Source: Clostridia bacterium
Lineage (GTDB): Bacteria; Bacillota; Clostridia; Oscillospirales; QAKW01
NCBI GenBank assembly: GCA_017464525.1
Contig: JAFTZM010000008.1
Span: forward strand, 29,623-93,622
Length of the DNA: 64,000 bases
Direction of reading: 5' to 3'
Below are positions 28,616-37,265 of this stretch, in pieces. Position 1 is the first letter of the stretch. Each line of letters starts with the position of its first letter. A program made the translations under genes and the position numbers. Under the pieces are notes generated by a model. It had not been told where the DNA came from, searched no databases, and saw only the letters and a program-made list of their open reading frames with translations.

Positions 28616-30430
28616 ATGAAGAAGAGAGTACTTTCGATTTTTTTAGCTGTTATTTTGGCCTTTACCATGCTTGGTACTGTGATCTATGCGGCAGACAATC
28701 CAATGAGCTTGGACGTTACTGCAAAGAACGGCTTGGAGTATGAGCGTGGCGATACAGTGATTTTGACTGTATCTATGAAGGATTATGAAGCTGCTAATTT
28801 GCTGGCAATTGCGGGGGAATACGATTCCGCTATTCTTACTGGTGTAAAAGCCAGCAAGGGTGAGCTTGGAGCTCCTGTATTTAATGCTAAAACCCTGTAT
28901 TCCAGCTGGGCACAGGCAGATAACTTTGTTGTTGAAGATGAAGATTTTAACCCCGTTTCTGAGTTTGCTTTAGTTTCGTACAGATTTACTGTCGCGGCAG
29001 ATGCTGCCTTTGGTGAAACTACTGTTAAGGTTTATTTTGCTCAGGAAGATGCCAACGGTAGTAAAAATACCAATGCCTATTATGATGGAAAAAGCAATGT
29101 GGTAATGACTCCCGGTGAAGATTATGTTGCCGAGGCTACTGAAATTACATTAAATATTGTATGTAACCATGAATATGCCGAGGGCTACACCCAGCCCGCC
29201 GCCGGTACCGCTATGGAGTCTGCTCAGCATACACAGTATTGTACCAAGTGCCAGCAGAATATCCCTGCCGATTGTGAGTTCGCCGCTGAGGTGACCGATC
29301 CCACTCATACCGAAAACGGTTACACCACCCACACCTGTATTTGCGGTTATACAGTTGTAGATACCGAGACCGCCGCTCTGGGTCATGAGTTTGGTGATTA
29401 TGAGCATGATGAAGTTCTTACTGATGGCAAGCACACCCACACCGCCACCTGTATTGCCAACGACGGTGGCTTCGATACTCAGTTCTGCGAATTCACGACC
29501 TCCTATACCGATCCCACCTGTACCGAAGACGGTTATGTAACTTATACCTGTACCGACTGCGGCTACTACTACGATGTGATCGATGAAGGTTCTGCCAAGG
29601 GCCATAAGATGACCATTTATAATTATGTTGAGAGCGAAAACGGTATCAACAATCATACCGTGACCTGTAGTGTTAAAGGCTGTGGCTATACCGAGACCGA
29701 GGCTTGTACTATGGGCGAATGGGCCATCATTGATGAGCCCACCAAGACCGAGACCGGTCTGAAAAAGCGCACCTGTATCCATTGCGAGACCGGCTATGAG
29801 ACGGAAGTTCTGCCCAAGCTGGCTTACCTGACCGTGGTAGATTCCAAGGGGATCGTCGGTCGTGAGATGACCGTTGATGTAGTGCTGACCAATAACCCCG
29901 GGGTTTCGGGCATGGTATTTGAAGTGGAATATAATGATGCCTATATGACCCTCGCCGGCGTAGAGCAGGGCGATCTGGGTGGTGAGGATGTGATTCTCCA
30001 GGGCCCAATCGATAATAACGGTGTTCATAAGATTGCTCTTGCCACCACGGGTACTGTGACCGGCGATGGTGTTGTGATCCGCCTGATCTTCAATATTGCC
30101 GACGAGCTGGTAGAGGGCGACTATGCTGTTAAGGTTTCTGCCAACGATGTTTGCGATGGCACCGAGGAACTGAAGGCAGTTGCTGTTGAAGGCGATGAAG
30201 GCGTTGCCACCCTCATCGATTATATGCTGGGCGATGTAAACCGTGATAAGAAGATCACTGTTGCCGACGCCGTTCTGCTGCTCCGCTATGCCGCCGGCAT
30301 GGATGTGACCGTTGATCTGCTGGCTGCTGATCTGGTTACCGCCGAGGGCGAGACCGAGGGTGAGATCACCGTTGCCGATGGCCAGTATCTGCTGCAGGTA
30401 CTGATCGGTGCTGCTACCTTGGAAGACTAA
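28616..30430 (+). CDS. Scaffoldin G: signal peptide, cohesin-like domain (shared with H), Cys/His-rich spacer, NNPG-type cohesin, dockerin
   Basis: Start ATG 28616 after GGAG. 'ERGDTVILTVSMKDY' domain, 'VGREMTVDVVLTNNPGVSG' cohesin, dockerin 'GDVNRDKKITVADAVLLLR'. Confidence 0.85.
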   Translation: MKKRVLSIFLAVILAFTMLGTVIYAADNPMSLDVTAKNGLEYERGDTVILTVSMKDYEAANLLAIAGEYDSAILTGVKASKGELGAPVFNAKTLYSSWAQADNFVVEDEDFNPVSEFALVSYRFTVAADAAFGETTVKVYFAQEDANGSKNTNAYYDGKSNVVMTPGEDYVAEATEITLNIVCNHEYAEGYTQPAAGTAMESAQHTQYCTKCQQNIPADCEFAAEVTDPTHTENGYTTHTCICGYTVVDTETAALGHEFGDYEHDEVLTDGKHTHTATCIANDGGFDTQFCEFTTSYTDPTCTEDGYVTYTCTDCGYYYDVIDEGSAKGHKMTIYNYVESENGINNHTVTCSVKGCGYTETEACTMGEWAIIDEPTKTETGLKKRTCIHCETGYETEVLPKLAYLTVVDSKGIVGREMTVDVVLTNNPGVSGMVFEVEYNDAYMTLAGVEQGDLGGEDVILQGPIDNNGVHKIALATTGTVTGDGVVIRLIFNIADELVEGDYAVKVSANDVCDGTEELKAVAVEGDEGVATLIDYMLGDVNRDKKITVADAVLLLRYAAGMDVTVDLLAADLVTAEGETEGEITVADGQYLLQVLIGAATLED

Positions 30431-30445
30431 TTTTAAATCAAAATC

Positions 30446-30479
30446 AATATCCCGGAGTGCCAAAGCACCCCGGGATATT
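30446..30479 (+). terminator. Stem-loop, probable terminator
   Basis: AATATCCCGG.GTGC-CAAA-GCAC.CCGGGATATT followed by AAATTTTT. Confidence 0.6.
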
Positions 30480-30535
30480 AAATTTTTGGTAATAAAAGGT
30501 GAGAAAGTGATGAAAAAACCGCAAAGTGTGGCATA

Positions 30536-30581
30536 AAAGCAACATAAGGTAATGTTATTTTCTGAAATCATCTGCTATAAT
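30536..30581 (+). promoter_or_regulatory. Promoter with conserved operator-like motif (copy 6)
   Basis: GCAACATAAGGTAATGTT (G at 30539; perfect AACAT-N6-ATGTT) and TGcTATAAT with hexamer at 30576. Confidence 0.7.
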
Positions 30582-30683
30582 AATATCGCATAATTGGGTA
30601 GGTATCTAAATCGGCTTACCCCGGAAAGGGAAAATAACACTCTGATTTCCTTTCTGAAAGGAGAAACATAAGGAGGTAAAACT

Positions 30684-32651
30684 ATGTTTAAAAGAGTGAG
30701 TTCTGTTGTAATGGTCGTTGCAATGTTGCTCACCATGCTCTGCACCTTCTCTTTTGCTTCTGCTGAGGGTACCCCTATGAGTTTGACCCTCACCGCAAAA
30801 AATGGTGTTGATGTTAAGCGTGGCGACACTGTGATTTTGACCGTAGGTATGAAGGATTATACCGCTGCCAACCTGATGGCAATTGCCGGCGAATACGATT
30901 CCGCTGTTCTTACCGATGCAAAAGCCAGCAAGGGTGAATTGGGTGCCCCTGTATTTAATGCTAAAACCCTGTATTCCAGCTGGGCTCAGGCAGATAACTT
31001 CGTTGTAGAGGACGATGATTTCAACGCCCTTTCCGAATTTACTTTGGTTTCTTTCAGATTTACTGTTGCAGCTGATGCTCCCTTCGGCGAGACCACCGTT
31101 AAGGTTTATTTCGCTCAGGAAGATGCCAACGGCAGTAAGAATACCAATGCTTATTATGATGGTACTACCAACGTTGTAATGACTCCCGGCGTAGATTATG
31201 TTGCTGAGCCTGTTACCATTACCCTGAATGTTGCTTGTACTGTTGACCACAGCACCATCACCGAATGGACTGCTCCTGCTGCAGGCACCGCTAAAGCTGA
31301 TGCTAAGCATACTGCTGAATGCTCCGGCTGCGGCGATACTTTGGAAGAGGCTTGTAGTTTTGTTGCTGAAGGCGACGCTGCTTGCAATGAGCCTGGTACC
31401 GAGAAGTGCACCGTTTGTGGCTATACTGTAGAGACCGCTGGCGCTCTGGGCCATGATTGGACCGATTGGGAAAATGTGGAAGGCGAGACCAAACACCAGA
31501 GAACCTGTAAGAGAGCCGGTTGCAATGAGGTTGAGACCGAGGATTGCGATCTGGACGAAGTTACCACCCCCGCTACCTGCGAAGAGGATGGCAAGAAAGT
31601 AACTACTTGTACCGAATGCGATTACGAAGATGTTGAAACGATCCCCGCTCTGGGCCACAACTATGTGTACACTGGCGACAATACTCAGGATCCCGAAGGC
31701 ACTCATACTCATAAGTGCACCAACGAGGGCTGCGATGTAGTTGATGAAGAGTGTAACTTCTATATCGTTGTTAAGGAACTGACCTGCATTGAAGACGGTG
31801 AGTATGCTTGCGATTGCGGTCACACCGTAGTATATGAAGCCACCGGTGATGAGCATACCGATCTGGTAATTATCTATAAGGCTCCTACTGATACCGTTCC
31901 CGGTACTATTACCGTCAAATGTAAAAGTTGCGATACTGAGATTGGTACTGAAGAAACCCCCGTTGAACCCTATGCTGATCTGAAGGCTGAGGATGGCATC
32001 TGGTATTATGATGCTGCTACCTTCAACTATATCTTTGGTGAATTGATGGTTGGCGAATATGACAACTTCAACGGCGATAACGCCATTACCAGAGGTCAGG
32101 TTGTAACTGTTCTGGGCAGATATCTGTTCAGTTCTTATGGCGGCGATGAGTATATCGCTTCTCTGACTGTTGAAGAGCTCAATGCTATGATGGATTCTGC
32201 TGAGGCAAATCTTGGCCTGACTGTTGGTGAATTGACCGACCTGAAGGTTGAAGGCGGCGACTATTACGATAGATATGCTCTGCTGCTGGCTCACATGGGT
32301 ATTGTAATGGGCCACGATGATGGCGAATTCAAGGGTGATGATCTGGTAACCCGCGAAGAGTTGGCTTGCTTCATGACTCGTTTCGTAACTCTGCTGGATG
32401 TTGTTGCCGAGGAATTTGAGATGGAGTCTCGTGCCCTGGATGAGAACGCTCCCTTTACCTTTGCTGATATCGATACCGTTAGCGCTTGGGCTAAGGATGC
32501 AGTTGTAGAAGCTGGCGAGATCGGTCTGTTTGCTGGTAAGCTGGACAACAAGTTTGATCCTACTTGCAATGCTACCAGAGCTGAGATGGCCACTCTGATG
32601 GAGAAGATTATGCGTGCATACTCTGTCTTTGAGATCGTTGACGCTGAGTAA
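30684..32651 (+). CDS. Cell-wall anchoring scaffoldin H: signal peptide, cohesin-like domain, Cys/His-rich spacer, three SLH domains
   Basis: SLH signatures 'DNAITRGQVV', 'GIVMG..DDLVTREEL', 'FADID..WA..GLFAG..FDP..NATRAEMA'; N-terminal domain nearly identical to that of G. Confidence 0.88.
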   Translation: MFKRVSSVVMVVAMLLTMLCTFSFASAEGTPMSLTLTAKNGVDVKRGDTVILTVGMKDYTAANLMAIAGEYDSAVLTDAKASKGELGAPVFNAKTLYSSWAQADNFVVEDDDFNALSEFTLVSFRFTVAADAPFGETTVKVYFAQEDANGSKNTNAYYDGTTNVVMTPGVDYVAEPVTITLNVACTVDHSTITEWTAPAAGTAKADAKHTAECSGCGDTLEEACSFVAEGDAACNEPGTEKCTVCGYTVETAGALGHDWTDWENVEGETKHQRTCKRAGCNEVETEDCDLDEVTTPATCEEDGKKVTTCTECDYEDVETIPALGHNYVYTGDNTQDPEGTHTHKCTNEGCDVVDEECNFYIVVKELTCIEDGEYACDCGHTVVYEATGDEHTDLVIIYKAPTDTVPGTITVKCKSCDTEIGTEETPVEPYADLKAEDGIWYYDAATFNYIFGELMVGEYDNFNGDNAITRGQVVTVLGRYLFSSYGGDEYIASLTVEELNAMMDSAEANLGLTVGELTDLKVEGGDYYDRYALLLAHMGIVMGHDDGEFKGDDLVTREELACFMTRFVTLLDVVAEEFEMESRALDENAPFTFADIDTVSAWAKDAVVEAGEIGLFAGKLDNKFDPTCNATRAEMATLMEKIMRAYSVFEIVDAE

Positions 32652-32663
32652 TTAAGCTAAATT

Positions 32664-32696
32664 AAAAAAAGGTTTCCCTTCGGGGAAACCTTTTTT
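32664..32696. terminator. Bidirectional Rho-independent terminator
   Basis: AAAAAAAGGTTTCCC-TTCG-GGGAAACCTTTTTT between convergent genes. Confidence 0.9.
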
Positions 32697-32709
32697 ATAT
32701 GCAAAAGCG

Positions 32710-32737
32710 ATCCCCCGAACTGGGCGGTTCGGGGGAT
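32710..32737 (-). terminator. Stem-loop, probable terminator of the kinase operon
   Basis: ATCCCCCGAAC-TGGGCG-GTTCGGGGGAT just past the stop codon. Confidence 0.6.
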
Positions 32738-32741
32738 GGGT

Positions 32742-33824
32742 TTAATATTTGGCAACGATGGCCTGCATCTGGTCCTGCTTTTCTTCCATTTCCTGCACCA
32801 GCTTAAACTGGGTGCGGGCTCTTACCAGGTTGTGCTCCGGGTAGTCGCACTTAAAGTAAACATCGCCGTTCAGGTAATCGGCCAGGAAGCGGATGCCGCA
32901 TTCCAGGGTCATCATCCAGGCACCGGTGGGGAGGAGATCCTTCTCGGCAGGGGAAAGCACATTGTGGCATCCCTCCAGGAACCCTTGGGTGTAGGCATCG
33001 AAAAGCTCCAGATCCAGCTGAACCTTGGATAGATCCTTTTCATCCTCGGCGGCGGTGGAGGCCCCGTAGCGGATGGAGTCGCCGAAATCAAAGATGGCCT
33101 GGCCGGGCATCACGGTATCCAGATCAATGACGCAAATGCCTTCTCCGGTTTCGGGATCCAGCAAAACGTTGTTCAGCTTGGTGTCGTTGTGGGTGACGCG
33201 CAGAGGAAGTACACCTTGCTCCTGAAGATCCATTACAATGGCGGAGGAGTCTTCTCTTGCCAAGGCAAATTCCACTTCCTCCTTCACCGTTTCTAACCGG
33301 CCGGAGGCATTCTTCTCGATGGCCTCATGCAGCTGCTTCATTCGGGCGGGGGTGTCGTGAAAATGAGGGATGGTTTCGTGGAGTGTTTCTGCCGGGTAGG
33401 ATCCCAGCAACGCTTGAAACCGGCCAAAGGCCTTGCCACTGGCGTAAAAGTCTCGGGGGCTCCGGGCGGCATTCAATGCCATCAGATCGCTCTGAAACCG
33501 ATAGGCCCGCCATGCCCCTTCAGGCCCGTTGTAATATAGATCGCCGTCTTTGGTTTGGATGAAGGTCAGAGTCTCCCGATTGGGATTGCCGCCCTGCTCC
33601 ACGATCCGTTTTTTGAGAAACTCTGTAACACCAAAAACATTTTCCATCAGTCCTTGGGGATCGGTGAAAACATAGGTGTTCATTTTCTGTAGAATATACT
33701 GGGTATTCTTTTTGGAGGTCAGCAGCAGCGTCTCGTTGATGTGGCCGCTGCCAAAAGGCTCGGTTTTTACCACCTCGCCGTCAAAGGCAAAGGACTCGAT
33801 CACCTTCTGGAGTTCATTCATCAT
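32742..33824 (-). CDS. N-acetylhexosamine 1-kinase / AmgK-like phosphotransferase (APH/choline-kinase fold)
   Basis: 'FGSGHINET', 'ETIPHFHDTP', 'RVTHNDTKLNN', 'IDLDTVMPG', 'DFGDSIR', 'RFLADYLNGDVYF'; start reassigned to 33824 (GGGAGG RBS). Confidence 0.85.
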   Translation of the reverse strand: MMNELQKVIESFAFDGEVVKTEPFGSGHINETLLLTSKKNTQYILQKMNTYVFTDPQGLMENVFGVTEFLKKRIVEQGGNPNRETLTFIQTKDGDLYYNGPEGAWRAYRFQSDLMALNAARSPRDFYASGKAFGRFQALLGSYPAETLHETIPHFHDTPARMKQLHEAIEKNASGRLETVKEEVEFALAREDSSAIVMDLQEQGVLPLRVTHNDTKLNNVLLDPETGEGICVIDLDTVMPGQAIFDFGDSIRYGASTAAEDEKDLSKVQLDLELFDAYTQGFLEGCHNVLSPAEKDLLPTGAWMMTLECGIRFLADYLNGDVYFKCDYPEHNLVRARTQFKLVQEMEEKQDQMQAIVAKY

Positions 33825-33828
33825 GAAA

Positions 33829-34752
33829 TCATACCTCCCAAAGCTTCTCGGGGTAGACACCCGCATCCTTCAATGCCCGAATGCCTGCCTCTACCGTGGG
33901 CTTATCCTCTTTATAGGTGACGCCAAACCACTTGGCATCGCTGTGCAGCACCTGAACGGTAGCCTTGCCCTCATGAAGCAGCTCGTCTACCACAACAGGC
34001 AGGAAAAATTCGCCTTTTAACGGATTTTTTTCAACGGTTTCTTTGAGAAAAACAGGAAATTTTTCGTCCAAAGCACGCAGATATGCGAGAGGAAAACCCC
34101 ACATATTCATGGAGACCGGTGCCGTATTGGAGACTGGTACAAAGGTTTCTCCGCCATCCTCGGAGTAATGGGCTTGCCCGTCGATCTTCTGAATCATGGT
34201 ACGCTCATCGATCTTTTGCAGATAGCCATCCTCGCTGACCTGGCAAACACCTCGGGCTACATGGCCGTTATCGGTCAGGGTGTTTTCCAGTACATAGCCC
34301 ACCATGGAGATCTTCATGGGATCGGCTTCACCGGACTCCTTCAGAAAATCATAAAGCTGCACAAAGGCATCTCTGCCGTAAAAATCGTCGGCGTTGATCA
34401 CCGCGAAGGGTGCGTCCAGCACGTCCTTGCAGCAAAGGATGGCATGGCCGGTGCCCCAAGGCTTTACCCGCTCCGCGGGGATCTGGATCACCGGGGGGAT
34501 CTTATCCAACTCCTGGAACACATAATGCACTTCGGCGATCTTTTCGATCCGTTTGCCGATCACTTCCTTGAAATCCTTTTCGATCTGTTTTTTGATAACA
34601 AAAACGAATTTCTTAAAGCCGGCCTTCATAGCATCGTAAACAGAATAGTCCATGATGATGTTTCCGTGGGGATCCACCGGATCGATCTGCTTGAGCCCGC
34701 CGTAGCGGCTGCCCATACCTGCAGCCATGATGACTAAAATAGGTTCATTCAT
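33829..34752 (-). CDS. Sugar-1-phosphate nucleotidyltransferase (NTP_transferase family)
   Basis: 'LVIMAAGMGSRYGGLKQ', 'KPWGTGHA', 'INADDFYG'; start reassigned to 34752 (GGAGGAG RBS). Confidence 0.88.
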   Translation of the reverse strand: MNEPILVIMAAGMGSRYGGLKQIDPVDPHGNIIMDYSVYDAMKAGFKKFVFVIKKQIEKDFKEVIGKRIEKIAEVHYVFQELDKIPPVIQIPAERVKPWGTGHAILCCKDVLDAPFAVINADDFYGRDAFVQLYDFLKESGEADPMKISMVGYVLENTLTDNGHVARGVCQVSEDGYLQKIDERTMIQKIDGQAHYSEDGGETFVPVSNTAPVSMNMWGFPLAYLRALDEKFPVFLKETVEKNPLKGEFFLPVVVDELLHEGKATVQVLHSDAKWFGVTYKEDKPTVEAGIRALKDAGVYPEKLWEV

Positions 34753-34795
34753 AAGAAATGCTCCTCCTGATAGGTTGTTTTTATTCATATTATAT

Positions 34796-34824
34796 ATTAT
34801 ATCATTAAAATGTGTATCTGTAAA
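34796..34824 (-). promoter_or_regulatory. Sigma-A promoter of the nucleotidyltransferase-kinase operon
   Basis: Minus strand TTTACA-17 bp-TATAAT with extended TG. Confidence 0.65.
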
Positions 34825-34966
34825 GCCACGAAAAGTACAGTTTTGGTCATGTGATCTATATTTTGATGAAAATCCGGGCCAAGCCCTATAAATTGTGGTT
34901 TGTGCAGAATGACAGAAATGTCCGAAAAAACTTTGTGAAAAAGGGAAAATTTTTTCAAAAAAATGC

Positions 34967-34995
34967 TTGCATTTCTTGATTGGTTATGGTATTAT
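34967..34995 (+). promoter_or_regulatory. Sigma-A promoter of the S10 operon
   Basis: TTGCAT-17 bp-TATTAT with extended TG. Confidence 0.7.
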
Positions 34996-35000
34996 ATACA

Positions 35001-35300
35001 GGCTGACTTCGGATGCGACGAAGCGGGAGGTGGCCATAGCGCCGTGTTTTCCCCGGCGTTTATGGGGAATTTCCGCTGAGCAAGTCCGGCTAAAAGCCGG
35101 GCGAAATGAGAGGAAAACAAAGAGCCGTTCTTCTGGAACTGCGCGGGTCTGCCGTGTAAGCCGCTTTTGAGAATGGGAACTTTGTGCGGGTTTTTAAAAC
35201 CCGATTTTATTTAACACAGCCGTGAAACACCCGGGTGTGTTGTGAAAGAATTTCCGTCAAAGTTGCTGAATCCCAAAAGTCAAATTTAAAAAGGAGGCTA
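35001..35300 (+). ncRNA. Long structured S10-operon leader (cis-regulatory RNA candidate)
   Basis: About 300-nt 5'UTR with 'GAAGCGGGAGGTGGCC...GGAATTTCCGCTGAG' pairing and hairpin CCGGC-TAAAA-GCCGG, resembling Firmicute rpsJ leaders. Confidence 0.55.
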
Positions 35301-35307
35301 CTCAAGA

Positions 35308-35613
35308 ATGGCTGAAAAAATCCGCATCAGAATTAAGGGCTACGATTCCACTCTCGTGGATCAGGCTGCTCAGAAGATTCTGGAAACTGCTCAGAGAACC
35401 GGCGCCGTTGTATCCGGCCCCATCCCTCTGCCCACCAAGAAAGAGGTTGTGACCATCCTGCGTGCTGTTCATAAGTACAAGGATTCCAGAGAGCAGTTCG
35501 AAAGAAGAACTCATAAGCGCCTGATCGACATCGTGAAGCCCGCCGCCAAGACCGCTGAGGCTCTGGCAAGCGTGGAACTTCCTGCCGGCGTTGAGCTTGA
35601 AATCAAGCTGTAA
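35308..35613 (+). CDS. rpsJ: 30S ribosomal protein S10
   Basis: [27 protein letters not shown]. Confidence 0.99.
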   Translation: MAEKIRIRIKGYDSTLVDQAAQKILETAQRTGAVVSGPIPLPTKKEVVTILRAVHKYKDSREQFERRTHKRLIDIVKPAAKTAEALASVELPAGVELEIKL

Positions 35614-35681
35614 GTAAAACGCTCGGGTGAGAAGGTCATGTTGGTGAAAACCAACCAATAACCATTATGGAGGTAAGTAAA

Positions 35682-36320
35682 GTGAAGAAAGGTATTATCG
35701 GTAAGAAGATCGGAATGACTCAGGTTTTCGATGAAGTTGGTAACGTTATTCCGGTTACAGTAATTCAGGCTGGTCCCTGCACTGTTGTTCAGAAGAAGAC
35801 CGTTGAGAACGACGGCTACTCTTCCCTGCAGCTGGGCTATCAGGATCTGGCCGAAAAGAAGGTCACCAAGCCTATGAAGGGTCACTTCGAAAAGGCCGGT
35901 GTGGCTGCTAAGAAGGTACTCAAAGAGTTCCGTCTGGAAGATGCAGATAATTATAATGTAGGTGATGTGATCACTGCTGACGCTTTTGAAGTGGGCAGCT
36001 GTGTGGACGTGACCGGTATTTCCAAGGGTAAGGGCTTCGCCGGTACCATCAAGAGATACAACGGTCAGCGCTCCGGTCCTATGACCCACGGTAGCGGTCC
36101 TATCCATCGCCATGCAGGCTCCATGGGCGCTTGCTCTTCTCCCTCCCGTATCTACAAGGGTAAGAAGATGCCCGGTCACATGGGTGCCGTGAAGGTAACT
36201 GTTCAGAATCTCGACGTAGTAAAGGTCGATGTTGAGAATAATCTTTTGGTTGTTAAGGGTGCGATCCCCGGCCCCAAGGGCTCGATCGTAACCGTAAAGA
36301 ACACCGTTAAAAATGGTTAA
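35682..36320 (+). CDS. rplC: 50S ribosomal protein L3
   Basis: [18 protein letters not shown]; GTG start after GGAGG. Confidence 0.98.
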   Translation: MKKGIIGKKIGMTQVFDEVGNVIPVTVIQAGPCTVVQKKTVENDGYSSLQLGYQDLAEKKVTKPMKGHFEKAGVAAKKVLKEFRLEDADNYNVGDVITADAFEVGSCVDVTGISKGKGFAGTIKRYNGQRSGPMTHGSGPIHRHAGSMGACSSPSRIYKGKKMPGHMGAVKVTVQNLDVVKVDVENNLLVVKGAIPGPKGSIVTVKNTVKNG

Positions 36321-36338
36321 GTAAGGGGGATAAATTAA

Positions 36339-36959
36339 ATGGCTAATGTAGACGTATTTGATATGAGTGGCGCTAAGGTGTCCACCATGGACCTGAACGA
36401 ATCCATTTTTTGCGTAAATGTAAATGAAGCTGCTATGCATATGGCAGTAACCAATTATCTGGCCAATCAGCGTCAGGGCACTCAGTCCGCTCTGACCCGT
36501 GCAGAAGTATCCGGCGGCGGCATCAAGCCCTGGCGTCAGAAGGGTACCGGCAGAGCCCGTCAGGGTTCTACCCGCAGCCCTCAGTGGACCCACGGCGGTA
36601 TCGTATTCGCTCCCAAGCCCCGCGACTATCGCTTTAGCATGAACAAGAAGGTCAAGAAGCTGGCTCTTCTGAGCGCCATCTCTTCCAAGCTGGCCGAGGG
36701 CAAGCTCATCGTTCTGGATAAGATCGATATGGAAGAATACAAGACCAAGACGGTTGTTGGCATGATGAAGGCTCTGAATGTTGAGAACGCTCTGGTGGTA
36801 AACAATGTGACCAACCTCTTCTTTGTGAAGAGCGCTGCAAACATCCCCGGCGTTACCGCTGCTCGCGTAAACACCATCAACACCTACGAGATCCTGAAGC
36901 ATGACACTCTGATCCTGACCCAGGATGCCGTTAAGCAACTTGAGGAGGTTTATGCATAA
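36339..36959 (+). CDS. rplD: 50S ribosomal protein L4
   Basis: RQGTQS..KPWRQKGTGRARQG. Confidence 0.99.
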   Translation: MANVDVFDMSGAKVSTMDLNESIFCVNVNEAAMHMAVTNYLANQRQGTQSALTRAEVSGGGIKPWRQKGTGRARQGSTRSPQWTHGGIVFAPKPRDYRFSMNKKVKKLALLSAISSKLAEGKLIVLDKIDMEEYKTKTVVGMMKALNVENALVVNNVTNLFFVKSAANIPGVTAARVNTINTYEILKHDTLILTQDAVKQLEEVYA

Positions 36960-37252
36960 TGAAATCTAATTACGATGTTATTATGAAACCCATTGTCTCC
37001 GAAAAATCTATGGCTTCCATGCAGGATAAGACCTATGTTTTCCAGGTTGCAAAGGATGCCAACAAGATCGAGATCAAAAATGCGGTTGAGGAAATCTTCA
37101 AGGTTTCCGTTGAAAAGGTTACCACTGTGAATGTAAGTGGTAAGGAAAAGAGAATGGGCGTCCATGTCGGCAAGACTGCTGCCTGGAAGAAAGCCTATGT
37201 GAAGTTGACTGCTGATTCAAAGACCATCGAGTTCTTTGACGGCATGATGTAA
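36959..37252 (+). CDS. rplW: 50S ribosomal protein L23
   Basis: [23 protein letters not shown]. Confidence 0.98.
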   Translation: MKSNYDVIMKPIVSEKSMASMQDKTYVFQVAKDANKIEIKNAVEEIFKVSVEKVTTVNVSGKEKRMGVHVGKTAAWKKAYVKLTADSKTIEFFDGMM

Positions 37253-37265
37253 GGAGGAGAACGTT

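Noticed and set aside
295-31960. Multiheme cytochrome interpretation of the CxxC/His-rich regions
   Set aside because: The motifs are mostly CxxCG and I found no CxxCH heme-attachment motif.
1-32651. Classical cellulosome (cip-cel) cluster
   Set aside because: No recognisable GH48/GH9/GH5 or CBM3 sequences and no long poly-cohesin scaffoldin.
34967-35170. 67-aa ORF upstream of rpsJ
   Set aside because: Begins inside the -35 box and overlaps the leader RNA; no RBS.
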